Made by a program: the position numbers and the translations under genes
The notes under the pieces: generated by a model
Told to the model about the DNA's origin: nothing
Database searches by the model: none
Seen by the model: only the letters and a program-made list of their open reading frames with translations
Shown here: piece after piece, positions 48,807 through 57,028 of the stretch
Layout of the letters: each line of letters starts with the position of its first letter
Position numbering within the stretch: the stretch's first letter is position 1
Assembly (NCBI GenBank): GCA_965249725.1
Contig: OZ252251.1
Coordinates: forward strand, 96,001 to 160,000
Direction: 5' to 3'
DNA length: 64,000 bases
Source of the DNA: Longimicrobiales bacterium
Lineage (GTDB): Bacteria > Gemmatimonadota > Gemmatimonadetes > Longimicrobiales > Gaopeijiaceae

Positions 48807-50216
48807 CTAGAAGGCCCCTGGAACACGCACCCCATGGGGTCTGGCATACACTTTTCTTGGCAATAGCCGGGGCGGGCTAGGGATGTCCACCAGCGTGTCC
48901 GCGGAAGCAACCTGCTCCCGACCAACGGCAGCCGCATGGTCCTCCAGCAAGGAGGACCGAGTGACGACCGCTACGATCGATTGGTCAAATTGCACCCCCG
49001 CAAACTCGGCTAGCTGTTCTCGCACCATGGGAATCGACAATGCCTTCCGATACGACCGGTCCGAGAGCATCGCGTCGATAGCATCCGAGACCTTGATGAT
49101 GCGCCCACCGATGGGGATTCGATCACCGGAAACGCCGTCGGGGTAGCCTTGGCCATCGACACGCTCGTGATGGTGTCTCACCGCGCCCAAGACCTCCTCT
49201 GGGAACGACGAAAAGGACTCGAGCAATTCAACACCGCGTGCGACGTGTGACTCGATAACAGCCCGTTCGGCTGGGGTGAGAGCCCCTGTCTTCTTCAGGA
49301 TCTCATTGTAGATCAAGTCGATCTTGCCGATGTCGTGAAGTAGTGCAGCCGTCTCAATGAGCTTCACTCGACCGGGAGAAAGCGTCAAATCCTCGGCAAT
49401 GCGCCTGGAGAGATCTGCCACCCTCTGCGAGTGCCCGGATGTATAAGGATCGCGTACCTCAATCGCCTTCACTAATGCCTTGAGAAGATTCGTGTTGGCT
49501 TCCTGCAGTTGGAAAGTGGTCAGGTAACCCCGGCGAATGAACAAGAGCGGCAGGAGGACCAGCAGGAAGCCCGGGACCCCGTAGTCGACATAGAGGAATG
49601 CGATCAAGAGGGACATCGGACTAACGAGCAAATCATACAGGAGATTGGTTCCGGACTTCCCAACCAGCAGTCTCCAAGCCTTCCTAAACGGAATCCCCTG
49701 GCTAACAGCGATCGCGCCCGAGACCGAGCCCTGATTGATCAGCAGAAACGCAAAACCGAAAGCGATCAAGGGTCCGAACTGGAAGGTGAACCCCTCACCC
49801 GCGAGTTCGGGAGCCTGCGGTAGTCCCCCAACCTGACTAAACACAAAGCCAGCAAGAACGGTTGAAAGAGTGAACTGACCAATGTTGAAGACGGTCTTGA
49901 TTGGCTCGGTTCGCCGGATGATCAGTTCACCGAACACGCCCGTGGTCACATGGAGTGCCAGGGCCGGCACCGGCCCAAACAGGAGCACGCATGCCAGGAG
50001 CGGAAGGAAGGTAATTGAAGAACTACCCGAATTCCCCCCGACCTTGATAGTAAGAGAGAGCGACTCCGACAGCAGCCCAAGAGTTATGAGCGCCAGAAGT
50101 CCCAACCACGCTTCCGGTGGAAGCGTGGTAAGAGAACTCCAGTCTGCCAACGGCAGTGCGCACAGGGATAGGACAACCACTACCCCGACGTACACGCGTA
50201 TGGGTCCTGTGTCCAT
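48807..50216 (-). CDS. Multi-pass membrane HD-GYP cyclic-dinucleotide phosphodiesterase
   Basis: About 7-8 hydrophobic helices, then RDPYTSGHSQRV, LHDIGK, HHERVDGQGYP, DAM.SDR.YR. Confidence 0.92.
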   Translation of the reverse strand: MDTGPIRVYVGVVVVLSLCALPLADWSSLTTLPPEAWLGLLALITLGLLSESLSLTIKVGGNSGSSSITFLPLLACVLLFGPVPALALHVTTGVFGELIIRRTEPIKTVFNIGQFTLSTVLAGFVFSQVGGLPQAPELAGEGFTFQFGPLIAFGFAFLLINQGSVSGAIAVSQGIPFRKAWRLLVGKSGTNLLYDLLVSPMSLLIAFLYVDYGVPGFLLVLLPLLFIRRGYLTTFQLQEANTNLLKALVKAIEVRDPYTSGHSQRVADLSRRIAEDLTLSPGRVKLIETAALLHDIGKIDLIYNEILKKTGALTPAERAVIESHVARGVELLESFSSFPEEVLGAVRHHHERVDGQGYPDGVSGDRIPIGGRIIKVSDAIDAMLSDRSYRKALSIPMVREQLAEFAGVQFDQSIVAVVTRSSLLEDHAAAVGREQVASADTLVDIPSPPRLLPRKVYARPHGVRVPGAF

Positions 50217-50243
50217 TCACAAGACCCCCCTCGACCATACCGT

Positions 50244-50330
50244 TTACCAACCAGCAATCCCGCTGTTGATCAACGCCATCACCGTACCGAAAAAATCGAA
50301 CAGAGAGTCAAACAAGCCAACGACGAGCAC
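50244..50330 (-). CDS. Unannotated 28-aa hydrophobic peptide MLVVGLFDSLFDFFGTVMALINSGIAGW
   Basis: AAAGGAGGTGA SD (50336-50346), 5-nt spacer, GTG start; TAA 27 nt before the HD-GYP ATG. Confidence 0.7.
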   Translation of the reverse strand: MLVVGLFDSLFDFFGTVMALINSGIAGW

Positions 50331-50357
50331 ATGCGTCACCTCCTTTCAGGGTGGTGT

Positions 50358-50464
50358 CAGCTTCCTCCGCTCAGGAAGCCGCAGCGCTCCGCTCTTGCCT
50401 CTCCGCTTCGCTCTTGGCCGGTCGAGGGGGTCTCCCTTTTGTGTTGTTCCGCTCCGGGTCCGCT
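50358..50464 (-). promoter_or_regulatory. Leader with five AGCGGA repeats and a 9-bp hairpin
   Basis: TCCGCT on + strand at 50366, 50388, 50402, 50448, 50459; RNA stem CGGCUUCCU-GAGCGG-AGGAAGCUG. Confidence 0.6.
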
Positions 50465-51148
50465 TTAGACTCTGCCTCGGACCCATCGGTCCGTGGCCTG
50501 CAGCGTTCCCAATATTACAGCCTTATCGGCTGTATCTTCGACGGCCGCCGCCCCCGCGAGGGCGGTTACCGACCGTCCATGAATCGCATGTATGGCGACC
50601 AACGCGAACTGCGAGTCGACCGCCTCCACCAACTTTACGCCGTCGACGGATAGTGCCACCTCGCCCTCTCCCAAGAGGGGTGCGATGGCACCTTCGATCG
50701 CTTTCACCGCCGCCGAAGCAGTCGTTTCTAGTCTTGCACGGATCAGGTCAGCTCCGCTGGCCTCACCCTCAAAGCGCTCTCCGCGCCATTCCACCGTCAC
50801 CCGGATTCGCACTCGGTGAGACCGCTCGGTCTCGACCTGGTGGCTGATGAAGAGGATCCGGTCCTCCATGGTCAGCCGCGCCGGATGATCCAATACCTTT
50901 GCTTCGCTAGCCGCGTCCTCGTCCGTCGTCTCCGCCACCGACACCTTGCGGTGGTCGATCTTCATGCCGAAGTGGGCCAACAAGGCCGATTCGACATTCC
51001 GCACCGACTGCTTCGGCGACAGGTCTCCCATAGTGAGGAGATGGATCTCGTCGATCTCCCCTCCGGGACGCGCCACCACGCGTGCCGACACGACTCCCCG
51101 CAGGGAGTTCAGCAGAGCCTCGGCCTCCTCGATACTCCATTCCCTCAT
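50465..51148 (-). CDS. Hypothetical protein of unknown function (start uncertain, frame open to 51211)
   Basis: GVVSARVV..EIDEIHLL..SPKQSVRNVESAL...IDHRKVSVA domain plus a beta-beta-beta-alpha repeat domain. Confidence 0.8.
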   Translation of the reverse strand: MREWSIEEAEALLNSLRGVVSARVVARPGGEIDEIHLLTMGDLSPKQSVRNVESALLAHFGMKIDHRKVSVAETTDEDAASEAKVLDHPARLTMEDRILFISHQVETERSHRVRIRVTVEWRGERFEGEASGADLIRARLETTASAAVKAIEGAIAPLLGEGEVALSVDGVKLVEAVDSQFALVAIHAIHGRSVTALAGAAAVEDTADKAVILGTLQATDRWVRGRV

Positions 51149-51657
51149 GGGTGGAGTAGGGCTCTTCTCCGCGTTCAATTGCGGAGCCGACAGGGGTATG
51201 AACAGCCCCACCGGGTCGTGCCCCCAGACCCGTTCCCAACCGGGTCGACTCGATCTAGATCACCGGCCGAAGCACGGCTTTTCAAATCTATGTTGCTCCC
51301 TCGCATCATTCCCCGATGTTGGCGATCCGTGAGCGACGGCAATTCTGGCCCAACCACGGTGACATCAGTGAGAGGACAAGTCATATGTTTACGAAACTCC
51401 GGCACTATGTGTCCAGACGTCACCGCTTGTCAAGAACAGCATAGGGCGGGCCGTATATCGGCGACAGAGGAAGCGTTTTCTTATCGGTACGGCGGAGTGG
51501 AATAATGGTAAAAAAATGCAACAAGCAAACATCCGTGTCCGGAGACGGGAGGAGCCACCGGAAATCGCCATGCTGGACACACGAGGACGGTCGGTTTATA
51601 CACCAGTCAACCGTCGCAGTTGAGACGGCCCAACCCTCTGGACAGGACCCGGAACTC

Positions 51658-52377
51658 ATGGCGAGACGCGGCGGCCTTGCTGTAACCGTCCTTGCTTTCT
51701 CCTTCTTTCTCGGCGGCTGTGCATCGAGGCAGTCCATCCCCCAAGTTACGAGAGTCACAGAGCTTCCGACGATTACGAAGACCGGCGTGCAACCGGGCGA
51801 CCAAGTCGCTATCACGTTCTACACGGCAGCCGGCAGCGAACTGTCCGAGGTGTCCGGCGAGCGCACGGTCGATGCCAACGGGGAGGTCTTCCTACCGTTC
51901 TTGGGGACCGTGAGCGTCCTCGGGCTCGACTCTCAGACCATTCGCGAGATGCTGGAAGATCGCTACGGAACACTCTACTCTGATCCGGTCGTCGAAGTCT
52001 CGACGAACATCCATGTCAACGTCACGGGAGCCGTCGGTCGACCTGGTCGTTACTTCCTGCCTCCATCCGCGACCTTGGTCGACGCTCTCGCCCTCGCTGG
52101 GGGCTCAGGCTCCGACATCGACGTCGCGGTGCAGGGGGGAGCCGCTGACCCGGCCAACGTACGTCTGGTAAGGGAAGGCGTATCGACAATCATCGATATG
52201 CGGCCCTTGGAGATTCGGCCAGTGGTCCTCGACCTTCGTGTGCAGTCCGGCGACTGGCTCCACATACCCAGAGCCGTCCGGTCCGAGCGGCGTGACGACA
52301 TCAGCTTCTACGGCAGCATCCTGAGCACGCTCCTGACCTTCGTTTCGCTCATCGTCCTCGTCGGGCAGAACAAGTAG
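51658..52377 (+). CDS. Polysaccharide export lipoprotein (Wza/SLBB-like)
   Basis: Lipobox LGGC; QPGD, VDANGEVFLPFLG, VNVTGAVGRPG, DALALAGG, VQSGD. Confidence 0.85.
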   Translation: MARRGGLAVTVLAFSFFLGGCASRQSIPQVTRVTELPTITKTGVQPGDQVAITFYTAAGSELSEVSGERTVDANGEVFLPFLGTVSVLGLDSQTIREMLEDRYGTLYSDPVVEVSTNIHVNVTGAVGRPGRYFLPPSATLVDALALAGGSGSDIDVAVQGGAADPANVRLVREGVSTIIDMRPLEIRPVVLDLRVQSGDWLHIPRAVRSERRDDISFYGSILSTLLTFVSLIVLVGQNK

Positions 52378-52490
52378 CCGATCAATCCACATGCGCCCCG
52401 CGGAGGGCCCCACGGTCCAGGTGGGCGGCTCCGACACCTACGAGGCTCGATGCCGAAAATGTCACGAGGTGCCGCGGCGTCGGTGGCGCC

Positions 52491-52517
52491 TTGACACCCC
52501 CCTCGAGGCTCTAGAGT
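52491..52517 (+). promoter_or_regulatory. Possible sigma-70 promoter for tRNA-Asn
   Basis: TTGACA at 52491 and TAGAGT at 52512; the 15-nt spacer is short. Confidence 0.4.
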
Positions 52518-52554
52518 TTTTTGGTTCACTCTGCCGCAAGTCGGCATGAGTCAA

Positions 52555-52627
52555 TCCCGCGTAGCTCAGTTGGTAGAGCAGTCGGCTGTTAACCGACTTG
52601 TCGCTGGTTCGAGTCCAGCCGCGGGAG
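52555..52627 (+). tRNA. tRNA-Asn (GTT)
   Basis: TCCCGCG/CGCGGGA acceptor stem, D arm AGCTCAGTTGGTAGAGC, GTCGG-CTGTTAA-CCGAC anticodon arm, GGTTCGAGTCC; CCA not encoded. Confidence 0.97.
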
Positions 52628-52643
52628 TTCAAGCACCACCTTC

Positions 52644-52691
52644 TCAAGCTCCGTCTCAGGCTCCGTGTCAGGCTCCGTGTCAGGCTCCGTC
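52644..52691. repeat. 12-bp tandem repeat TCAGGCTCCGTS x4
   Basis: Four units directly downstream of the tRNA. Confidence 0.9.
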
Positions 52692-52718
52692 GTTCGTTAT
52701 GGGCGACGGAGCTTCTTC
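52684..52718 (+). terminator. Terminator after tRNA-Asn
   Basis: GCTCCGTCG...CGACGGAGC followed by TTCTTC. Confidence 0.65.
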
Positions 52719-52882
52719 GTCCCGGCAGACCCGCCCAGGCCCCCGGGGCTGACCCCGATTCGGTGTTCGGCTAGTTTTTAGAGCTTGAGCATAGGCCACC
52801 TCGTTCGCGGAAATGTCCTTGGGGGCGAACGAAGTGAGATGTAGATTAGCTGCCACCAGAGTTGCTCGCATGGAGGGCTCAC

Positions 52883-54235
52883 ATGGGTGAAGACAAGCCT
52901 GAGACCACACGGCAGGGCGGGATGTTTACCGACGAGACCGGTAGCCAGCTCCCGCTCGCCATGCAGTACGACTACACGAATTTCTATTTCGGGTCGGGCG
53001 ACGATGCCTTCGGCATGCTCGACCCGTTCGACGAGTGGTACAAGGACGCGAAGCCGGCCGGGTACTACCTATACGGGCTCCCCATGCAGGGCGCGCCGAC
53101 CACGCGCGTGGACATCCGCAACACGAAGACGGATGAGATCCACAGGGGGCTACTGAACTTCGCCTCCTATAACTACCTCGGTCTCTCGTATCGTCCGGAG
53201 GTCAAGGAAGCCGTGATCGCGGCGACCCACCTCTATGGCAACGGTGCGTCAGGCTCACCCATCCTGAGCGGCTCGCTGGAGGTCCACCACGAGTTGGCCG
53301 AGCGGCTGGCGGCCTTCAAGGGCAAGGAAGCGGTACTTCTCTTCCCGACCGGCTACAGTGTGAACGTGGGGGTCATCGCGGGGCTCATGCGCTCGGGCGA
53401 CCTCATCGTGGCCGACCAGTACGCCCACGCCAGCCTCGTGGACGGCATGATCCTGTCCAAGGCCACGAGTCGCTTCTTCCGCCACAACAAGGTCGAGGAC
53501 CTGGAGCGCAAGCTGAAGCGCTACGACGGCAAGAAGCTGGTTCTGATCGAAGGCGTGTACTCGATGGACGGCGATTTGGCCGTGGTTCCGGAGATCGTCG
53601 AAGTATGCCAGCGCTACGGCGCCCGCATCTTGATCGACGAGGCCCACTCGACGTTCATCTACGGCGAGAACGGACGCGGCGTCGCCGAGTCCTCGGGTTT
53701 CGAGGACGAGATCGACATTCATGTGGGGACCTTCTCCAAGAGCCTGGGAGGCCAGGGCGGCTTCGTGGCCGGTTCCAAGAAGCTGATCAACTACCTGCGA
53801 GGTTTCTCGAGGTCGCGCTTCTTCTCTTGCGGGCTCTCGCCCGTGGTGGCCGCAGGCATTCTCAAGGCGCTGGATCTCTTCGAGGCCGAGCCGGAGCTGC
53901 GCACTCAGCTGTGGGAGAACGTGGACTTCATGCAGAAGAGCCTCCGCGAGGCCGGCATCTCCGTGGGCGACTCCGAGTGTCAGGTCATTCCCATCATGGT
54001 GCAGGACGACGCCCGCGTCTTCGAGATCGGTGAGGCATTGATGCAAGAGGGCGTCTACCTAAACCCGGTCAAGTATCCCGCAGTCCCCAAACACAAATCA
54101 CGGTTCCGCATGTCCATTTCCGCGGCTCACTCGAAAGAGGAGCTCGAAGAGGGCGTCCGGATCATCACCAGCGTCTTGCAAAGGTACGGCATATGTCCGA
54201 AGGCCGAGGACGGTATTACTTCGACAACGGGCTGA
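52883..54235 (+). CDS. PLP alpha-oxoamine synthase, serine-palmitoyltransferase-like
   Basis: NFASYNYLG, PTGY..N, HASLVDG, EGVYSMDGD, DEAHS, GTFSKS; GGAGG SD. Confidence 0.8.
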   Translation: MGEDKPETTRQGGMFTDETGSQLPLAMQYDYTNFYFGSGDDAFGMLDPFDEWYKDAKPAGYYLYGLPMQGAPTTRVDIRNTKTDEIHRGLLNFASYNYLGLSYRPEVKEAVIAATHLYGNGASGSPILSGSLEVHHELAERLAAFKGKEAVLLFPTGYSVNVGVIAGLMRSGDLIVADQYAHASLVDGMILSKATSRFFRHNKVEDLERKLKRYDGKKLVLIEGVYSMDGDLAVVPEIVEVCQRYGARILIDEAHSTFIYGENGRGVAESSGFEDEIDIHVGTFSKSLGGQGGFVAGSKKLINYLRGFSRSRFFSCGLSPVVAAGILKALDLFEAEPELRTQLWENVDFMQKSLREAGISVGDSECQVIPIMVQDDARVFEIGEALMQEGVYLNPVKYPAVPKHKSRFRMSISAAHSKEELEEGVRIITSVLQRYGICPKAEDGITSTTG

Positions 54236-54864
54236 GCTGCCTATTCGAGATGCCGACCTCCGATGCGAGGCGGCTCCTACCATCTCATCTCCAGCCTCTC
54301 GAAGTACAGCACGAGCGTAGCATCCTCTCCGTCACCGCCTTCGATTTCTACGAGGGGGACGGAGGGGTGTACCAGGAGTTGGTCCTTTCGATTCTGGTCC
54401 CGCCCCTCGTGAAGCCGGGCGATACGCTCCCCAAGGCCGCTCTCTATCCGTTCATCGTGGCGACGAGCACCGAGTTCGGGCGCAAAGAGGGCATCGATCG
54501 CTGGAAGCTGCCCCATCTCATGCGCGATATCGATGTGGAGTTCACCGAGGGCGAGAACGAGATGACGGTGGCCGTGAGTGCCGACGGCGACCCCATCTGC
54601 GAGATGACCGGAACGAGCCACGAGTTCGAGCCGGCCGGGCTGCTCTTCCATTCCTTCGTGTCGGACGACACGGGCAACTACAAATCCGACCTGACCATGG
54701 AAGGGGAGGGATACAGCGAGCACGAGTTCGAGCGTGGATCTCTTACCCTGTACGAGCACGAGATGACGGCGGGACTCACCATCGACGAGGTCGCCGACTA
54801 TCCGTTTCGCGAGCAGTGGATGAAGCGTGGCGTGGAGACCTTTACTCCCCTCGAGAATATCTGA
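54193..54864 (+). CDS. Acetoacetate-decarboxylase-family protein
   Basis: ARRLLP..LQP, G.YQE, GRKEG..RWKLP; overlaps the upstream gene. Confidence 0.6.
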   Translation: MSEGRGRYYFDNGLSCLFEMPTSDARRLLPSHLQPLEVQHERSILSVTAFDFYEGDGGVYQELVLSILVPPLVKPGDTLPKAALYPFIVATSTEFGRKEGIDRWKLPHLMRDIDVEFTEGENEMTVAVSADGDPICEMTGTSHEFEPAGLLFHSFVSDDTGNYKSDLTMEGEGYSEHEFERGSLTLYEHEMTAGLTIDEVADYPFREQWMKRGVETFTPLENI

Positions 54865-54902
54865 GCGCCCTAGACAACGAGCCCCGGTCACAAGAACCGG
54901 CC

Positions 54903-55868
54903 ATGTCGTCCGACCAAAACTCGAAGCGTGCCTTTGTAATCTTCAACCCGGCCTCGGGTAGGGGGCGCGGCGCGCGCGGGAAAGACCACCTGCTCGATCT
55001 CCTCTCACGGCACCTGCCGGGATTCGAGCACGCCGTCACGAAGGGTCCCGGCGACGAAGGCGCGCTGGCCGATCAGGCTCTCGCCAGCGGACGCTTCGAT
55101 CTGATCGTCGCCGTGGGCGGCGACGGCACCTGGAGCAACGTGGCGGACCGGATCGTGGCATCCGGTACGGAGCACGTGACCTTCGGACTTCTTGCGGCGG
55201 GCACGGGCAACGACTTCGGACGCAACTTCGGAGTCTCCGGCAGTGATCCCGAATCGGCGGTTCGGACCCTGGCCGAGGGACGCGTGGTGAAGGTGGACGT
55301 CGGCCGCGTCGTTACGGGTGGGACTCCCCAAGGTGTGCATCAGGACGTCTCAGGCCCCTTGAGGGGCCGTCACTTTCTCAACCTGGTCGGGTTCGGGTTC
55401 GACGTCGCCGTTATCGAGGCCACATCAGGGGCCCGATTCCTGAGGGGAGCCCTGCTCTACAAGGTGACGGCCCTGCAGAACCTGTTCTCGTTCCCGGGCG
55501 TGGACCTGTCGCTCACCAGCGAGGAGCCCACGGTCGATGGCAAGCAGTTGATGCTCACCATCTCCAACGGTCCGTTCTTCGGGGGAGCCTTCCCCATCGC
55601 CCCGGCCGCGGAGATCGCGGACGGTCTGCTCGACGCCTGCGCCATCGGGAACGCGTCGCCGTTCACGCGAATGCGGCTGTTCCACATGGCCGAAAAGGGC
55701 GATCACGTAAGGTCCCCACTCGTCCACACCCGACGGAGCGGGCGGTTCACGGTGAGTTTCGCCGAACCACCCAAATACGAGGTGGACGGCGACGTCTGGC
55801 AGGCCGAGGAGTCCGACGTGGTGGTAGAGGTCTTACCTCAGGCTCTGAGGATCGTGGTCCCGGGCTGA
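54903..55868 (+). CDS. Diacylglycerol/sphingosine-kinase-family lipid kinase
   Basis: NPASG, GGDGT, GTGNDF, GFGFD, NGPFFGG, DGLLD, EVDGD. Confidence 0.9.
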   Translation: MSSDQNSKRAFVIFNPASGRGRGARGKDHLLDLLSRHLPGFEHAVTKGPGDEGALADQALASGRFDLIVAVGGDGTWSNVADRIVASGTEHVTFGLLAAGTGNDFGRNFGVSGSDPESAVRTLAEGRVVKVDVGRVVTGGTPQGVHQDVSGPLRGRHFLNLVGFGFDVAVIEATSGARFLRGALLYKVTALQNLFSFPGVDLSLTSEEPTVDGKQLMLTISNGPFFGGAFPIAPAAEIADGLLDACAIGNASPFTRMRLFHMAEKGDHVRSPLVHTRRSGRFTVSFAEPPKYEVDGDVWQAEESDVVVEVLPQALRIVVPG

Positions 55869-55886
55869 CTCACCTCGGACCTCCGT

Positions 55887-56375
55887 CTAACCTCGCGAGA
55901 TGCTCAGGCGATAGCGGACGAAGGGCTCGTTCCCGATCGGGTGCTCACCCTCTTCCCGAAATCCCAGTCGTAGAAGCCCAGCAACACGCGCCCTACTCGG
56001 GGGAAGCAAGGCGATTACCGAGTCCACCTGGAGCTCGGCCGACGCGTATCGAATGATCCTCTCGAAGAGGGTTCGGCCTGCCCCCCAATGGGCCGGGTGA
56101 AGCACCATGCCCACGTCGGCGTCGTCGCCCTCCGGTTGCAGCCCGCCCCATCCGACGAACTCATCACCGATGAAGAACGCCCACGGACCGTAGCCGCTCT
56201 CTGCCCACATGCGCTCCTTGGCCGCGACGAACTTCTCGCACATCTCCGGCGTGAACGGGCCTCGTGCGAGCGGTAGGTGACGACGCACGAGGGCATCATT
56301 CATCAAAGCGATGATCGCCTCGGGGTCCACTTCACCGAGTCGTTTGAACTCGATGTCCTGATAGTCCTGGCCCAT
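55887..56375 (-). CDS. GNAT acetyltransferase (RimJ/RimL-like)
   Basis: GYGPWA, FVGWGGL, LHP.HWG.G, RLGF. Confidence 0.8.
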   Translation of the reverse strand: MGQDYQDIEFKRLGEVDPEAIIALMNDALVRRHLPLARGPFTPEMCEKFVAAKERMWAESGYGPWAFFIGDEFVGWGGLQPEGDDADVGMVLHPAHWGAGRTLFERIIRYASAELQVDSVIALLPPSRARVAGLLRLGFREEGEHPIGNEPFVRYRLSISRG

Positions 56376-56380
56376 GGCGT

Positions 56381-57028
56381 CTAGGCAGACGTCTCCTCGA
56401 GACGTCCGGCCACGAGCGTCCAGCTCTGGTCGGCCAACAGCTCTGCATCCGCCTCGTCATGGCTCACCAGGACCAGAGGGGTGCCGTTGCCCTCGGCGTA
56501 TTCGCGTACCGCCCTGGCGATCTCCAAGCGTAGAGGCCGATCGAGCGCCGAGAACGGCTCGTCCAGGAGCAGAAGGCTCGGCTCGGAGAGCAGGGCCCTG
56601 CCGAGGGCCACCCTCTGGCGTTCCCCCCCCGACAGGAACCGGGGCCGTCGGTCCAACAACTCCGAGAGAACGAGCAACTCCGAGACCTTCACGACCTGCG
56701 ACGGATCGGGCGCCGTGTAGGCCAGGTTCTCCCGCACGGAAAGATGAGGGAACAGCAGTGCCTCCTGAGGCACCCAACCCACCTTGCGCTCCCACGCAGG
56801 GACCGACACTCCCGCCCCGGTATCGAGCCAGACATTCCCGTTGACCCGCACCGTTCCGAACGCCTTGGGCTCAAGCCCTGCAAGCACCCTCAGGAGTGAG
56901 CTCTTTCCCGACCCCGACGGCCCGACGATAGCGACCGATGCACTGCTCGGGCTCCAGTCCACATCGAGCTCGAAGGCATCGAGTGGAAGGCGAATGCGAG
57001 CTCGCAGGACTCCCGCCTCAACGGCCAC
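56381..57028 (-). CDS. modC: Molybdate ABC transporter ATPase
   Basis: GPSGSGKS, LSGGERQRVALGRAL, LLLDEP; directly after modB. Confidence 0.88.
   Translation of the reverse strand: MAVEAGVLRARIRLPLDAFELDVDWSPSSASVAIVGPSGSGKSSLLRVLAGLEPKAFGTVRVNGNVWLDTGAGVSVPAWERKVGWVPQEALLFPHLSVRENLAYTAPDPSQVVKVSELLVLSELLDRRPRFLSGGERQRVALGRALLSEPSLLLLDEPFSALDRPLRLEIARAVREYAEGNGTPLVLVSHDEADAELLADQSWTLVAGRLEETSA

Noticed and set aside
50279..50332. Alternative ATG frame behind the same SD (MCSSLACLTLCSIFSVR)
   Set aside because: The ATG is only 3 nt from the end of the SD. The GTG frame has better spacing and ends next to the HD-GYP start. Not fully excluded.
52555..52720. tRNA-anchored prophage or integrative element
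   Set aside because: No integrase, phage genes or duplicated tRNA 3' end seen in the window.
52883..54235. Calling the oxoamine synthase bioF or spt outright
   Set aside because: Family motifs overlap; a phylogeny is needed, so no symbol was assigned.
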